Assembly (NCBI GenBank): GCA_009842505.1
Contig: VYFG01000048.1
Location: 5,082 to 69,081 of the forward strand
Direction of reading: 5' to 3'
DNA length: 64,000 bases
DNA from: Gammaproteobacteria bacterium
GTDB lineage: Bacteria > Pseudomonadota > Gammaproteobacteria > Arenicellales > Poriferihabitantaceae
Shown here: piece by piece, positions 1 to 9,286 of the stretch
Layout of the letters: every line of letters starts with the position of its first letter
How positions within the stretch are numbered: position 1 is the stretch's first letter
The notes under the pieces: generated by a model
The model's input: only the letters and a program-made list of their open reading frames with translations
Database searches by the model: none
What the model was told of the DNA's origin: nothing
Translations under genes and position numbers: made by a program

Positions 1-1
1 G

Positions 2-268
2 GCAAAAGAACGCCTGGCCCTGCTCAGGGAAAGCAACGATGGATTCGTCATCGCACAAAAGGACCTGGAACAGCGTGGACCCGGGGAACTGCTGGGAACC
101 CGCCAGACCGGGCTGCAACAGATGCGCATCGCGGATCCGTGGCGCGACCGGGACCTGCTTTCACTGGCCGGGTCGCTGGCCGACAACCTGCAAAGGCACC
201 ATCCCGACGCCGTCGATCCCCTGGTCAGTCAGTGGATCCGTCGTACCGATGCCTACGCCAATGTCTGA
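2..268 (+). CDS. recG: ATP-dependent DNA helicase RecG, C-terminal part (5' truncated by window edge)
   Basis: Frame 2 reads AKERLALLRESNDGFVIAQKDLEQRGPGELLGTRQTG (RecG TRG motif); TGA at 266-268. Not in the ORF track. Confidence 0.93.
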   Translation, partial: AKERLALLRESNDGFVIAQKDLEQRGPGELLGTRQTGLQQMRIADPWRDRDLLSLAGSLADNLQRHHPDAVDPLVSQWIRRTDAYANV

Positions 269-289
269 CGGATCAGAGGACCGCCGCAG

Positions 290-1141
290 ATGATCGGCCC
301 CTACCTGCGCCTGATCAGGATGGACCGGCCCATCGGAACGTTCCTGCTCCTGTGGCCCACCCTCTGGGCACTGTGGCTGGCGGGCGACGGTTCCCCGGAC
401 CCCACCGTGGTCCTGATCTTCGTCGCCGGCACCTTCGTCATGCGGGCCGCAGGATGCGCGATCAACGACTATGCCGACCGGCATATCGATGCCCATGTCG
501 CCCGGACCAGCAACCGTCCGCTGGCTACCGGCGAATTGCTGCCCTGGCAGGCGCTGGCAACCTTCGGCGTTCTGCTGGCCGTCGCCTTTGCCCTGGTCTG
601 GCAGCTCAATGCCCTCACCATCTGGCTATCCGTCGCCGGGGCCCTGGTGGCGGTGGTCTATCCGTTCACGAAACGGGTCACCCACCTGCCCCAGCTGGTG
701 CTCGGCGTGGCCTTCTCCTGGGGTATCCCGATGGCCTACGCCGCGGTGGGTGGACGCCTGCCGGTGGAGGCCCTGGTCCTGTTCCTGGCCAACTTTGCCT
801 GGATCGTCGCCTATGACACCCAGTACGCCATGGCCGACCGCGAGGATGACGTGCTGATCGGCGTCAAGTCCACCGCCATCCTGTTCGGCAGATGGGACAA
901 CCTCGCCGTCGGGCTTCTGCATCTGGCGGCCCTGGCCGTGCTCTATGGCATCGGCTGGCAGCGTGGCTTCGGCTGGCACTACGATCTCGGCCTGCTGTCT
1001 GCGGCCGCGTTCGCTGTCTATCAGCAGTACCTCTGCCGGAACCGCGACAGGGACCTGTGTTTCCGGGCCTTCCTGAACAACAACTGGTTCGGTGCCATGG
1101 TCTTCGCCGGCATTGTGCTTGGACTGCTCGGTCCCGGCTGA
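290..1141 (+). CDS. ubiA: 4-hydroxybenzoate polyprenyltransferase
   Basis: RMDRPIGTFLLLWP, GCAINDYADRHID, YDTQYAMADREDD and GVKSTAILFG motifs; multiple TM helices. Confidence 0.96.
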   Translation: MIGPYLRLIRMDRPIGTFLLLWPTLWALWLAGDGSPDPTVVLIFVAGTFVMRAAGCAINDYADRHIDAHVARTSNRPLATGELLPWQALATFGVLLAVAFALVWQLNALTIWLSVAGALVAVVYPFTKRVTHLPQLVLGVAFSWGIPMAYAAVGGRLPVEALVLFLANFAWIVAYDTQYAMADREDDVLIGVKSTAILFGRWDNLAVGLLHLAALAVLYGIGWQRGFGWHYDLGLLSAAAFAVYQQYLCRNRDRDLCFRAFLNNNWFGAMVFAGIVLGLLGPG

Positions 1142-1194
1142 ACCGGTCTTCTGCGGCATTGTGGCGCTCCACTGGAAACCGATATGATCATGTC

Positions 1195-1743
1195 ATGACG
1201 TTCGACACATCCATCCGTTTCTGCAACAGCTGCGGTGCAAGCATCGAGATTGCCATACCCGACGGGGACACCCGTGAACGTCACGTTTGCAATAACTGCG
1301 GCAGGATCCAGTACCAGAATCCGAAAATAGTCACGGGATGCGTACCGCTGTGGCAGGACCGCATCCTGCTTTGCCGGCGGGCGATCGAACCCCGCCTGGG
1401 CCTCTGGACGGTTCCCGCCGGATTCATGGAAAACAATGAAACCCTGGCCGAGGGGGCGATGCGCGAGACACTGGAGGAAGCCTGCGCACCGGTCAGCGAC
1501 ATCCGGCTGTTCGGGGTCTACAGCCTTCCGAGGATCAGCCAGGTGTACGTCATGTTCCTGGGTAATCTCCTGCGGGAGAACGGATTCGCCGTCGGCGCGG
1601 AAACACTGGAGGTGCGGCTGTTCCGGGAGGACGAGATCCCCTGGGACGAAATGGCGTTCCGGGTCGTGGAAACCACCCTGAAACGGTACCTGGGAGAGCG
1701 GGAACACGGCGGATTCTCCATCGCCCTGACAGACCTGCATTGA
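1195..1743 (+). CDS. NUDIX hydrolase with N-terminal zinc ribbon
   Basis: FCNSCG...CNNCGRIQYQNPK zinc ribbon; Nudix box AGFMENNETLAEGAMRETLEEA; ATG at 1195. Confidence 0.9.
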   Translation: MTFDTSIRFCNSCGASIEIAIPDGDTRERHVCNNCGRIQYQNPKIVTGCVPLWQDRILLCRRAIEPRLGLWTVPAGFMENNETLAEGAMRETLEEACAPVSDIRLFGVYSLPRISQVYVMFLGNLLRENGFAVGAETLEVRLFREDEIPWDEMAFRVVETTLKRYLGEREHGGFSIALTDLH

Positions 1744-1788
1744 CGGAATTTTTTTGAAACCGCTTTCATTGGCGGTTCCCGGGGGTGC

Positions 1789-1801
1789 TAACTGATTGAT
1801 T
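1789..1801 (-). promoter_or_regulatory. IHF binding site (consensus match)
   Basis: Minus strand AATCAATCAGTTA matches WATCAANNNNTTR exactly. Confidence 0.6.
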
Positions 1802-1846
1802 CTGAACCACCTGCAACAGTGACTTTGCCGCGTTCGGTTAACGAAG

Positions 1847-1855
1847 TTATGCACA
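1847..1855 (+). promoter_or_regulatory. DnaA box
   Basis: TTATGCACA fits TTWTNCACA. Confidence 0.65.
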
Positions 1856-1926
1856 GCCGTCACATGATTGTCACATTCCTTTCAAGTTAGCAGTTATTTG
1901 TCTGAAAAATTTTTAATCTAAAGTCA

Positions 1927-1939
1927 TAATCTATTGATA
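1927..1939 (-). promoter_or_regulatory. IHF binding site (consensus match)
   Basis: Minus strand TATCAATAGATTA matches WATCAANNNNTTR, preceded by an A/T tract, within a very AT-rich patch. Confidence 0.7.
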
Positions 1940-2026
1940 ATAATAAAAAAATTGGAAATTATGCAAAAATTAATCAACTTTCACTCCACCGCATCAATAC
2001 AGGGCTTCCGGCCGGACAACGGCGTG

Positions 2027-2061
2027 TTATACACAAAGTTATCCACAGATTCTGTGTATAA
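2027..2061. promoter_or_regulatory. Cluster of three DnaA boxes (DARS-like core)
   Basis: TTATACACA(2027-35)-AAG-TTATCCACA(2039-47)-GATTC-TGTGTATAA(2053-61, inverted). Confidence 0.85.
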
Positions 2062-2075
2062 AGGCGGGTATCTGC

Positions 2076-4271
2076 ATGCCCGCCGCTGAAACCGTACACC
2101 AGATCGCGGTACCGGTTCCCCTGCGGAAATCCTTTGATTACCTGGGGCCGGGAAACCTGCTTCCCGGGGTCCGGGTCGTGGTGCCCTTCGGTCCGCGGCG
2201 GCTGACCGGTGTGGTGCTTTCGACCGGTCCTGCGAATACCGGCCACAGGCTGAGACCCATCATCCGCGTGCTCGACTCGGAGCCCGTATTGGACAGCTGG
2301 ATTCTCCGGCTGCTGCTGTGGGCGGCGGAATACCATCATCACCCTGTGGGAGAGGTGCTCGCGGCCGGGCTGCCCGTGAAGCTGAGGAGCGGCGAGGCGG
2401 CGGCGGAGCCCAGGGGAATCAGAATATACCGCGCCTCCCCGGATCCTGCTGCGGAAGCGCTGGACGCCCTGTCCGGGGCACCCGCGCAGCAGCGTCTCCA
2501 CCGGGCCCTGTCACGGGAGGGATGGCATACCTGGCCGGAACTGACCGAGGCTTCGGGCTGCGGCAGGCATGTACTGCGCGCCCTGCTCAAGCGGGGGCTT
2601 GCCGAGACCAGGGTGCGGCTCCCCCAGATCACGCCCCTGCCGGACGTCGAAGCCATCCGGCTGAACCCGGAACAGGAACAGGCCGCGAACCACATCGTGG
2701 AATCCCTGGGGACATTCCGGACCTGTCTCCTGCAGGGGATCACGGGCAGCGGCAAGACCGAGGTGTACCTCGTGGCCGCCCGGGAGGCCATTGCCCGCGG
2801 CAGCCAGGTGCTGTTTCTGGTTCCCGAGATATCACTGACCCCCCAACTGATCGCCCGGGTGCGCGGATACCTTGGAGACAACGTGCGCTGCCTGCATTCC
2901 GGCATGTCCGCACAGGAACGGTATGAAACCTGGTGGCTTGCCCGGGCGGGGCGCATCTCCGCAGTGCTGGGCACCCGCTCCGCCATCTTCACCCCGCTCC
3001 AGAATCCCGGACTGATCGTCGTCGATGAGGAACATGACCAGTCCTACAAGCAGCAGGACGGATTTCGCTATCATGCGCGCAACCTGGCGATCAAGCTTGC
3101 CAGCCTGAAGGACATACCCGTGGTGCTCGGGTCAGCCACGCCCTCGCTGGAATCCCTCCACAACGCACGGGAAGGGCGTCACCGTTTCCTCCAGTTGAGC
3201 GAACGCTTCGGCGCCGCCACGGTACCGGAGATTCGGGTCATCGACAGCGGGATTCACCCGCCGAGGAACGGCCTGACCGATCCCCTGCTGCAGGCGATCG
3301 GCAGGCGCCTTGACCGGGGGGAACAGACCATCATCTACGTCAACCGTCGGGGGTATGCCCCGGTGGTCCACTGTTACCAGTGCGGATGGCAGGCGGCCTG
3401 CAACCACTGTTCCGCACGCCTGGTGTACCACCGCGACAGCGCCCGGTTCCGCTGTCATCTCTGCGGCCACAAGGAACCTGCGGGGGCCCATTGTCCGCAA
3501 TGCGCGGCTACCCTGTTTCTCGGCGGTGCCGGAACGCAAAGACTCGAGCAGGCCCTCTACGGCCGCTTCCCCGGCGCCCGCCTTTGCCGGCTGGACAGGG
3601 ACGAGGCCGGCACCGCAGAAAAACTCCACAGCCGGCTGGAACGTATCCGCGAGGGCACGGTGGACATCGTGATCGGTACCCAACTGATCACCAAGGGGCA
3701 CGACTTCCCCCGCGTGACCCTGGTGGGCGTGGTGAACGCGGACCAGGGCCTCTTCAGCGTGGATTTCCGGGGTTCCGAGTTTCTGCTCCAGGAACTGCTG
3801 CAGGTCGCCGGGCGGTCAGGGCGGGCAAGAACGGCCGGCGAGGTGTTCATCCAGACAGCCCATCCGAAGCATCCCTGCATCATGAAGCTGCTGGACCATG
3901 ACTACATGGGTTTTGCGGATACCGAGCTCGATGAGCGTCGCCTGGCCGGCTACCCCCCGTTCGCCCACCTGGCCCTTTTCCGGGCCGAGGCCCGCGAAGC
4001 CGGGGATGCGCTCAGTGTCCTTGAGCGGGTGCGGCGCAGCGGTGAACAGATCCTGCGCCAGGAGGAGATCGAGGGAGTGGAAATCCTGCCCCCTGTCCCG
4101 TCACCGGTCGAAAGACGCGCGGGGCGCTATCGCCTGCAGCTGATGGTGCGCTCCCGGCACCGCGGTCCGCTGCATCGGCTGCTCGGCATGCTCAGCGTAC
4201 GGATGGAATCCGGCCGGTCCGGCAAGTCGGTCCGCTGGTCGCTGGACGTGGATCCCATGGAGATGGTGTAG
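2076..4271 (+). CDS. priA: Primosomal protein N' (replication restart helicase)
   Basis: GITGSGKTEVY, VVDEEHD, LGSATPSLES, two Cys-rich zinc modules, C-terminal WSLDVDP. Confidence 0.97.
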   Translation: MPAAETVHQIAVPVPLRKSFDYLGPGNLLPGVRVVVPFGPRRLTGVVLSTGPANTGHRLRPIIRVLDSEPVLDSWILRLLLWAAEYHHHPVGEVLAAGLPVKLRSGEAAAEPRGIRIYRASPDPAAEALDALSGAPAQQRLHRALSREGWHTWPELTEASGCGRHVLRALLKRGLAETRVRLPQITPLPDVEAIRLNPEQEQAANHIVESLGTFRTCLLQGITGSGKTEVYLVAAREAIARGSQVLFLVPEISLTPQLIARVRGYLGDNVRCLHSGMSAQERYETWWLARAGRISAVLGTRSAIFTPLQNPGLIVVDEEHDQSYKQQDGFRYHARNLAIKLASLKDIPVVLGSATPSLESLHNAREGRHRFLQLSERFGAATVPEIRVIDSGIHPPRNGLTDPLLQAIGRRLDRGEQTIIYVNRRGYAPVVHCYQCGWQAACNHCSARLVYHRDSARFRCHLCGHKEPAGAHCPQCAATLFLGGAGTQRLEQALYGRFPGARLCRLDRDEAGTAEKLHSRLERIREGTVDIVIGTQLITKGHDFPRVTLVGVVNADQGLFSVDFRGSEFLLQELLQVAGRSGRARTAGEVFIQTAHPKHPCIMKLLDHDYMGFADTELDERRLAGYPPFAHLALFRAEAREAGDALSVLERVRRSGEQILRQEEIEGVEILPPVPSPVERRAGRYRLQLMVRSRHRGPLHRLLGMLSVRMESGRSGKSVRWSLDVDPMEMV

Positions 4272-4301
4272 CCCGGCCCCTCGCCCGTTATACTCCCCAT
4301 C

Positions 4302-5399
4302 ATGGCGCGCACCCTCCGAATCACCGCCCCTGACGACTGGCACCTGCATCTGCGTGATGGCAGCCTGCTGGCCGCGGCGGTCGGACATTCCGCCGCACGC
4401 TTCCGGCGCGCCCTGGTCATGCCCAACCTGGTGCCGCCGGTCACGACTGCCGGGCGCGCCGCCGAATACCGGAACGAGATTCTTGCCTGCCTGCCGCCAG
4501 GCAGCGGCTTCGATCCCGTGATGACCCTCTATCTCACGGACAACACGACCACCGCGATGGTTGCCGAGGCCGCCGGCGCCCCCCATGTGGCAGGATTCAA
4601 GCTCTACCCCGCCGGCGCCACGACCCACTCAGATAACGGAGTGACCTCCATACACCGGGTGATGCCGGCCCTGGAGGCCATGGCCGACAAGGGCCTGGTG
4701 CTTCAGGTGCACGGCGAGGTGACCGACGATCACGTGGATGTCTTCGACCGCGAGGCGGTGTTCATCGACCAGGTGCTGGCACCATTGTGCCGCGAACTCC
4801 CGGAGCTCAGGGTGATACTCGAACATGTCACCACGAGCGACGGAATCGGGTTCGTGCAGTCAGGCGGCGACAACATCGCCGGCACCCTCACCGCCCACCA
4901 CCTCCTGTATTGCCGCAACGATCTGTTCCGGAGCGGAATACGACCGCACTACTACTGCCTGCCCGTACTGAAGCGCCGGCGCCACCAGGAGTCGCTGCTG
5001 GGGGCGGCGACCAGCGGCAACCCGTCGTTCTTTCTCGGTACCGACAGCGCGCCGCACCTGCGGGGGCAAAAGGAAAGTGCCTGCGGCTGCGCCGGCATCT
5101 TCACCGCCCATGCCGCCCTTGAGCTGTATGCGGAAATCTTCGACGGCATGAACGCGCTGGATCGCCTGGAGGGGTTCGCCTCGCACTTCGGGGCGGACTT
5201 CTACCGCGTGCCGAGAAACACCGACGAGGTGATTCTCGAAGAATTCGCCTGGGAGGTTCCGGCGTCCTACCCGGTGCCCGGACAACCCGGCGGCGACCCG
5301 GCCCTGTCGGAGTTCGTGCCGCTCAGGGCCGGTGAAACCGTTGGCTGGCGAATCAGGAGAACGGACGTCGGCGACTCCGGGGAAGCGGCAGTCGACTGA
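4302..5399 (+). CDS. pyrC: Dihydroorotase (homodimeric type)
   Basis: PDDWHLHLRDG, KLYPAGATT, FFLGTDSAPH. Confidence 0.97.
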   Translation: MARTLRITAPDDWHLHLRDGSLLAAAVGHSAARFRRALVMPNLVPPVTTAGRAAEYRNEILACLPPGSGFDPVMTLYLTDNTTTAMVAEAAGAPHVAGFKLYPAGATTHSDNGVTSIHRVMPALEAMADKGLVLQVHGEVTDDHVDVFDREAVFIDQVLAPLCRELPELRVILEHVTTSDGIGFVQSGGDNIAGTLTAHHLLYCRNDLFRSGIRPHYYCLPVLKRRRHQESLLGAATSGNPSFFLGTDSAPHLRGQKESACGCAGIFTAHAALELYAEIFDGMNALDRLEGFASHFGADFYRVPRNTDEVILEEFAWEVPASYPVPGQPGGDPALSEFVPLRAGETVGWRIRRTDVGDSGEAAVD

Positions 5400-5401
5400 T
5401 C

Positions 5402-7318
5402 TCAGAGTTGTTCGAGCTGCTCCTCGTTGATCTTGATATCGGCGGCCGATCTCAGTGTCTGGATAAAGCTGTGATAGACCTCTTCCCCGTCACGGTAGAC
5501 GAGCTGCTGTTCCAGGCCTGACTTGACGTCCGCATCCACGGTTTCTGCCTTCCCCGGCGTGACCGCCGTCAGCGCATAGACGGCGGCATCGCCGTTCGCA
5601 AGGACCGTATGCCCGTACACGGGCCACCCGTCCCGGGGCAGGGCGGCGGTGAAGACACTGTCCCCCAGCTGCGCCAGCCCGGGGAATATCCGGTCCCGTG
5701 TCGCGGGCAGCGTCTCCGCCCGCCACTCGTTCTTGGCCAGCATGATGTCCCAGGATGCGAGGTGAGTCAGGTCCGCCACAGACTCCTTCGCGACCTGCGC
5801 CGCCTTCGCGCGGGACTTCTCCAACTTGATTGCCGCGATGATTTCGTCGGCCACTTCCTCGAATTCCCGCGGGGACGACTCCTCGTGGTTCAGTTTCCGC
5901 AAGGCCACCAACCGGTCGAAACCGAGTTCAACGGCCGGGCTGTTCAGGTTCTCGTCCAGGACATCCGGGCTGAACGCGGCAGCCCGCACGGCTGCCTCCC
6001 CGGCGATACCGGCGCCCTCATGCCTGGTAAACCACTCACTGATCATGATCTCCAGGCCGGTGGCATCCGCGGCCGGCTCCAGGGTTTCCGGCTGCTCGAA
6101 GATGGCGTTGTCGAATGGCTCCACCAGGTCGTTGAACATCCTTTCTGCCGCTGCACGGCGCGCTTCCGCGATGACTTCCTCACGCACCTCGTCAAGGGTC
6201 TGCGACTGTTCGGCCTGGAGCTCGGTCAGCTTGATGACGTGATAGCCGAACTGGGTTTCCACCGGTCCGGCCAATTCCCCCTCGACCATGCCGAACACCG
6301 CATCCTCGAAAGGCTGCACCATCTGGCCCCGGGTAACCACGCCGAGATCGCCGCCGCTTCCGGCGGACCCGGTGTCATCGGAGAACTCGGCGGCAAGTTC
6401 GGCAAAATCCGCCCCGCCCCGCGCCCTGGAAAGCACCGTCTCCGCCTCGGCCAGCGCGGCTGCCCTGGCCTCGTCGGTGTCCCCGTTCACGCTGATCAGG
6501 ATATGGCTGGCCTTCCGGACCTCCGCGGTTTTCAGCCGATCCCTGATCAGCTCGTAGGTCTGCTCGATCTCTTCTTCGGAGGGGTCGGCGTCCGCCGCGA
6601 GCTCATCCACGCTCAGGTCGATGTACTCCACCCGCATTCTTGCCGGGTTGTAGTATTTCTCGATATTCGCGTCGTATTCCGCCCGCGCCTCGTCGTCGGA
6701 GACTGCAAACTCATCCACATAGAGATCGCCCCGAATGACCGCATACTGGGCATCACGGGACTGGTGCTGCAATGCGATCAGCCGGGAAACCTCCGGCTCG
6801 ACCACGAAGGCCGAACCCGCGATGGCGTCGGCGAGTTGCTGGACCATGCCGCCCTGGCGCTCCGCGGCCTCGTATCCCTGGGGGCTCATCCCGCTACTGG
6901 CGAGCAGCCGTTCGTACAGCGCCGGATCGAACCTGCCGTCAATCAGGAACGCCTCGTTTTCGCGGACTCTCCTGGCCACCTCTTCGTCCGTCAGTCGGTA
7001 GTTGCGCTCAAGGGTGTACTGGCCCAGCAGTTGCGATTCGATGAGACTGTCCAGCACCTGCTGCTGCAGTCCCAGGGTTCGCATCATTTCCGGTGAAAGA
7101 CTGCTGCCGAACTGGCTGATCAGTGCTTGGCGCTGGCGGGAAAGCTGGTTCTGGTAGGTGTATGCGTCGATTTCTTCCCCGTTGACGGAAGCCACCGGAA
7201 TCTGGCTGCCGCCCTCGAGATACGAGCCGATTCCCCACAAGGCGAATGTCAGCACGATGAGGCCGATGACGATGCCCGATATCCAGCCCTTGGACCCTTC
7301 TCTGATTGCAGTGAGCAT
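5402..7318 (-). CDS. ppiD: Periplasmic chaperone/peptidyl-prolyl isomerase PpiD
   Basis: N-terminal TM, SurA_N region, parvulin domain (KASHILI, GGDLG, PVETQFGYHVIKL); canonical position after hupB; start at MLTAIRE. Confidence 0.92.
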   Translation of the reverse strand: MLTAIREGSKGWISGIVIGLIVLTFALWGIGSYLEGGSQIPVASVNGEEIDAYTYQNQLSRQRQALISQFGSSLSPEMMRTLGLQQQVLDSLIESQLLGQYTLERNYRLTDEEVARRVRENEAFLIDGRFDPALYERLLASSGMSPQGYEAAERQGGMVQQLADAIAGSAFVVEPEVSRLIALQHQSRDAQYAVIRGDLYVDEFAVSDDEARAEYDANIEKYYNPARMRVEYIDLSVDELAADADPSEEEIEQTYELIRDRLKTAEVRKASHILISVNGDTDEARAAALAEAETVLSRARGGADFAELAAEFSDDTGSAGSGGDLGVVTRGQMVQPFEDAVFGMVEGELAGPVETQFGYHVIKLTELQAEQSQTLDEVREEVIAEARRAAAERMFNDLVEPFDNAIFEQPETLEPAADATGLEIMISEWFTRHEGAGIAGEAAVRAAAFSPDVLDENLNSPAVELGFDRLVALRKLNHEESSPREFEEVADEIIAAIKLEKSRAKAAQVAKESVADLTHLASWDIMLAKNEWRAETLPATRDRIFPGLAQLGDSVFTAALPRDGWPVYGHTVLANGDAAVYALTAVTPGKAETVDADVKSGLEQQLVYRDGEEVYHSFIQTLRSAADIKINEEQLEQL

Positions 7319-7526
7319 GGCTTGTTGCGATTGGCTGATTACTTCTTGGAGGGCAGATTCTATCGCATGCACGCGGTATTACGCAGCGGAACCCCTGTTC
7401 CCGATGCGGACCGGAACGATTCGGCTGTCCCGGTCTCGCGAAGCAGGCAGACGATCCATGGAAATATCCCGAACCCGGGATAATCCCCGTTACTTTCCGC
7501 ATTACAGGCAGATACACCCCTCGGGG

Positions 7527-7790
7527 CGTAATAAACCTGGTCGTGGTCGTCAATATCGATCAGACCAATCTCTTCGCCCGGAGTTCCAGTTCGAGCACAC
7601 TCCTATGGTTCATATTGATGGAGTCTGAAGATAGCGCCTCCAGGCTGCGCAGTCTCAGTGCAGGATGGCGGGGGGTCGAATTCCAGCAACTTAAGCGTTT
7701 CCTGTACTGGTTGCGTATCTCTGGTTGCTTCCGAGGAAATTTCCTGGCGCTCCGGCTACAGACATCCGGGTATACAAGTGTGAATGGCAT
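7527..7790 (-). pseudogene. Frameshifted RelE/ParE-like type II toxin
   Basis: Retains ARKF..K.P, Y.K and HPALRL..L; a TLKLLEFDP segment and the C-terminal EEIGLIDIDDHDQVYY lie in other frames; start overlaps the antitoxin stop. Confidence 0.7.
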
Positions 7791-8041
7791 TAATCCAGTA
7801 CGCGCTTCATATGATCCGCTACGCTTTCGGTGTTGCAGTTGCCGCTCTTAAGATCGCTGCGGGCTTCCCAGAGGGCGATATCCAGTTCGTATTCGCGCAG
7901 TCTGTTGTAGGCATTGAGGTCGAGGACAACATACCTGCGCTCTCCGTGTACGGTAATCACGGCTTCCCCGTCCTGCCGAAGAGCGGACTCGACAACGGAT
8001 ATTCCCTTGGTCCTGAGATCGTTCGCGGTGATGCTGGTCAT
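7790..8041 (-). CDS. Phd/YefM-family antitoxin
   Basis: MTSITANDLRTKG...EAVITVHGERRYVVL, acidic C-terminus, coupled to the toxin remnant. Confidence 0.8.
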   Translation of the reverse strand: MTSITANDLRTKGISVVESALRQDGEAVITVHGERRYVVLDLNAYNRLREYELDIALWEARSDLKSGNCNTESVADHMKRVLD

Positions 8042-8393
8042 GGGATGACCCCCGATTAAATTGTCAATGGCATTGAAAAAAGCACTCAATATAGTGCGGT
8101 TTGGCGATTTCCTGGAGAGAGCCGGCCGGATAGCCTGACCGCTTCTGGCCGCCTGTACGAAATGCCGGCACCGGCATGTTCAGCCCGAAACCGGGCTGGA
8201 TCGATTCCCCGGCGGGTGATTCGGTTGCGCAGCTTCCTTTCTGCTGCGGAACCGGGCCCGGATGGCAGTTCTCCCGGGCGCTGCTTCCGACTGACTGCGT
8301 ACTATGTGGCCGGTCCCGAATCCCCTCCCTGCACCAGCCCGCTGCCCGCTTCTTCGAATTGCCGGAAATTACCTCCGATACCGGGGGCATTCA

Positions 8394-8430
8394 AACGAAA
8401 ACGCGGGACCAGTACAACTGATCCCGCGTT
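8394..8430 (-). terminator. Rho-independent terminator after tRNA-Asp
   Basis: Minus strand AACGCGGGATCAG-TTGTA-CTGGTCCCGCGTT followed by TTCGTTT. Confidence 0.7.
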
Positions 8431-8438
8431 ACGGAAAT

Positions 8439-8515
8439 TGGCGGAGCGGACGGGGCTCGAACCCGCGACCCCCGGCGTGACAGGCCGGTATTCTAACCAA
8501 CTGAACTACCGCTCC
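8439..8515 (-). tRNA. tRNA-Asp(GTC)
   Basis: GGAGCGGTAGTTCAGTTGGTTAGAATACCGGCCT-GTC-ACGCCGG...GTTCGAGCCCCGTCCGCTCCGCCA; 77 nt with encoded CCA. Confidence 0.97.
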
Positions 8516-8521
8516 AGTGGT

Positions 8522-8597
8522 TGGTGGGCGCTGCAGGGATCGAACCTGCGACCCTCGCCTTGTAAGGGCGATGCTCTCCCAGCTGAGCTAAGCGCCC
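8522..8597 (-). tRNA. tRNA-Val(TAC)
   Basis: GGGCGCTTAGCTCAGCTGGGAGAGCATCGCCCT-TAC-AAGGCGA...GTTCGATCCCTGCAGCGCCCACCA; 76 nt. Confidence 0.97.
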
Positions 8598-8610
8598 CCG
8601 GAAAGGCGCG

Positions 8611-8883
8611 CTAGTTTACGGCATCCTTCAGGCCTTTTCCAGCCTTGAATTTCGGCACCCGGGTGGCGGCAATGCTGATGGTTTCACCGGTTCGGGGATT
8701 GCGTCCGGAGCGTGCGGCACGATCGCTCACGGAGAATGTGCCGAACCCCACCAGTGACACGGTGTCTCCACCTGCAAGGGCTTTGCTGATGGCTTCAAAG
8801 GTGGCGTCCACGGCAGAGGCTGCGTCGGTTTTCGTCAGGCTGGCGCTGTCTGCGACAGCATCAATCAATTCGGCTTTGTTCAT
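8611..8883 (-). CDS. hupB: DNA-binding protein HU
   Basis: MNKAELIDAVA...LVGFGTFSV..RAARSGRNPRTGE...PKFKAGKGLKDAVN; follows lon. Confidence 0.96.
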   Translation of the reverse strand: MNKAELIDAVADSASLTKTDAASAVDATFEAISKALAGGDTVSLVGFGTFSVSDRAARSGRNPRTGETISIAATRVPKFKAGKGLKDAVN

Positions 8884-9286
8884 GAGTTTGAATTTCCTCG
8901 ATTTACGGTTGTTGATGAATCGACGTGATGTTTGATGGTTACGATTTGGAATACAAAGATGCCCAGTGTGCGTTGGTCCGCCGTTAGGGTCGGCGGTTCG
9001 TTTTTCTATTCGAATCTGGGGCCCGAACAGCCCCGCCTGCACGGTTATCCGCCGTGGGAATCAGAAAGATTTGCCGGACATTCAGTGATCATAATCAATC
9101 ATCCAGAGGCAATGCAACCGGACTTTGTCCTGTCTGCGTCCCGGGCGCCATGGCGCCTCCGGTACCGTCCCGGGCATGCAGATTGTCCGGGGTGGCTCCA
9201 ATCAGGATGCATAACCAAAGCTATCTTTCTGATCACAATGGCACAATTTCCCGAGAGCACGCCCGGCTCACGGAAACCGGAGGGGC

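Noticed and set aside
1919-1946. dif-like site (CATAATCTATTGATAATAATAA)
   Set aside because: The right arm does not match the XerD arm TTATGTTAAAT. Better explained as an IHF site in an AT tract.
1745-2075. Firm call as chromosomal origin oriC
   Set aside because: No dnaA/dnaN/gidA/parAB nearby, no evident 13-mer or GATC-rich unwinding repeats, and no clean gene-strand switch. Kept only as an alternative to a DARS-like element.
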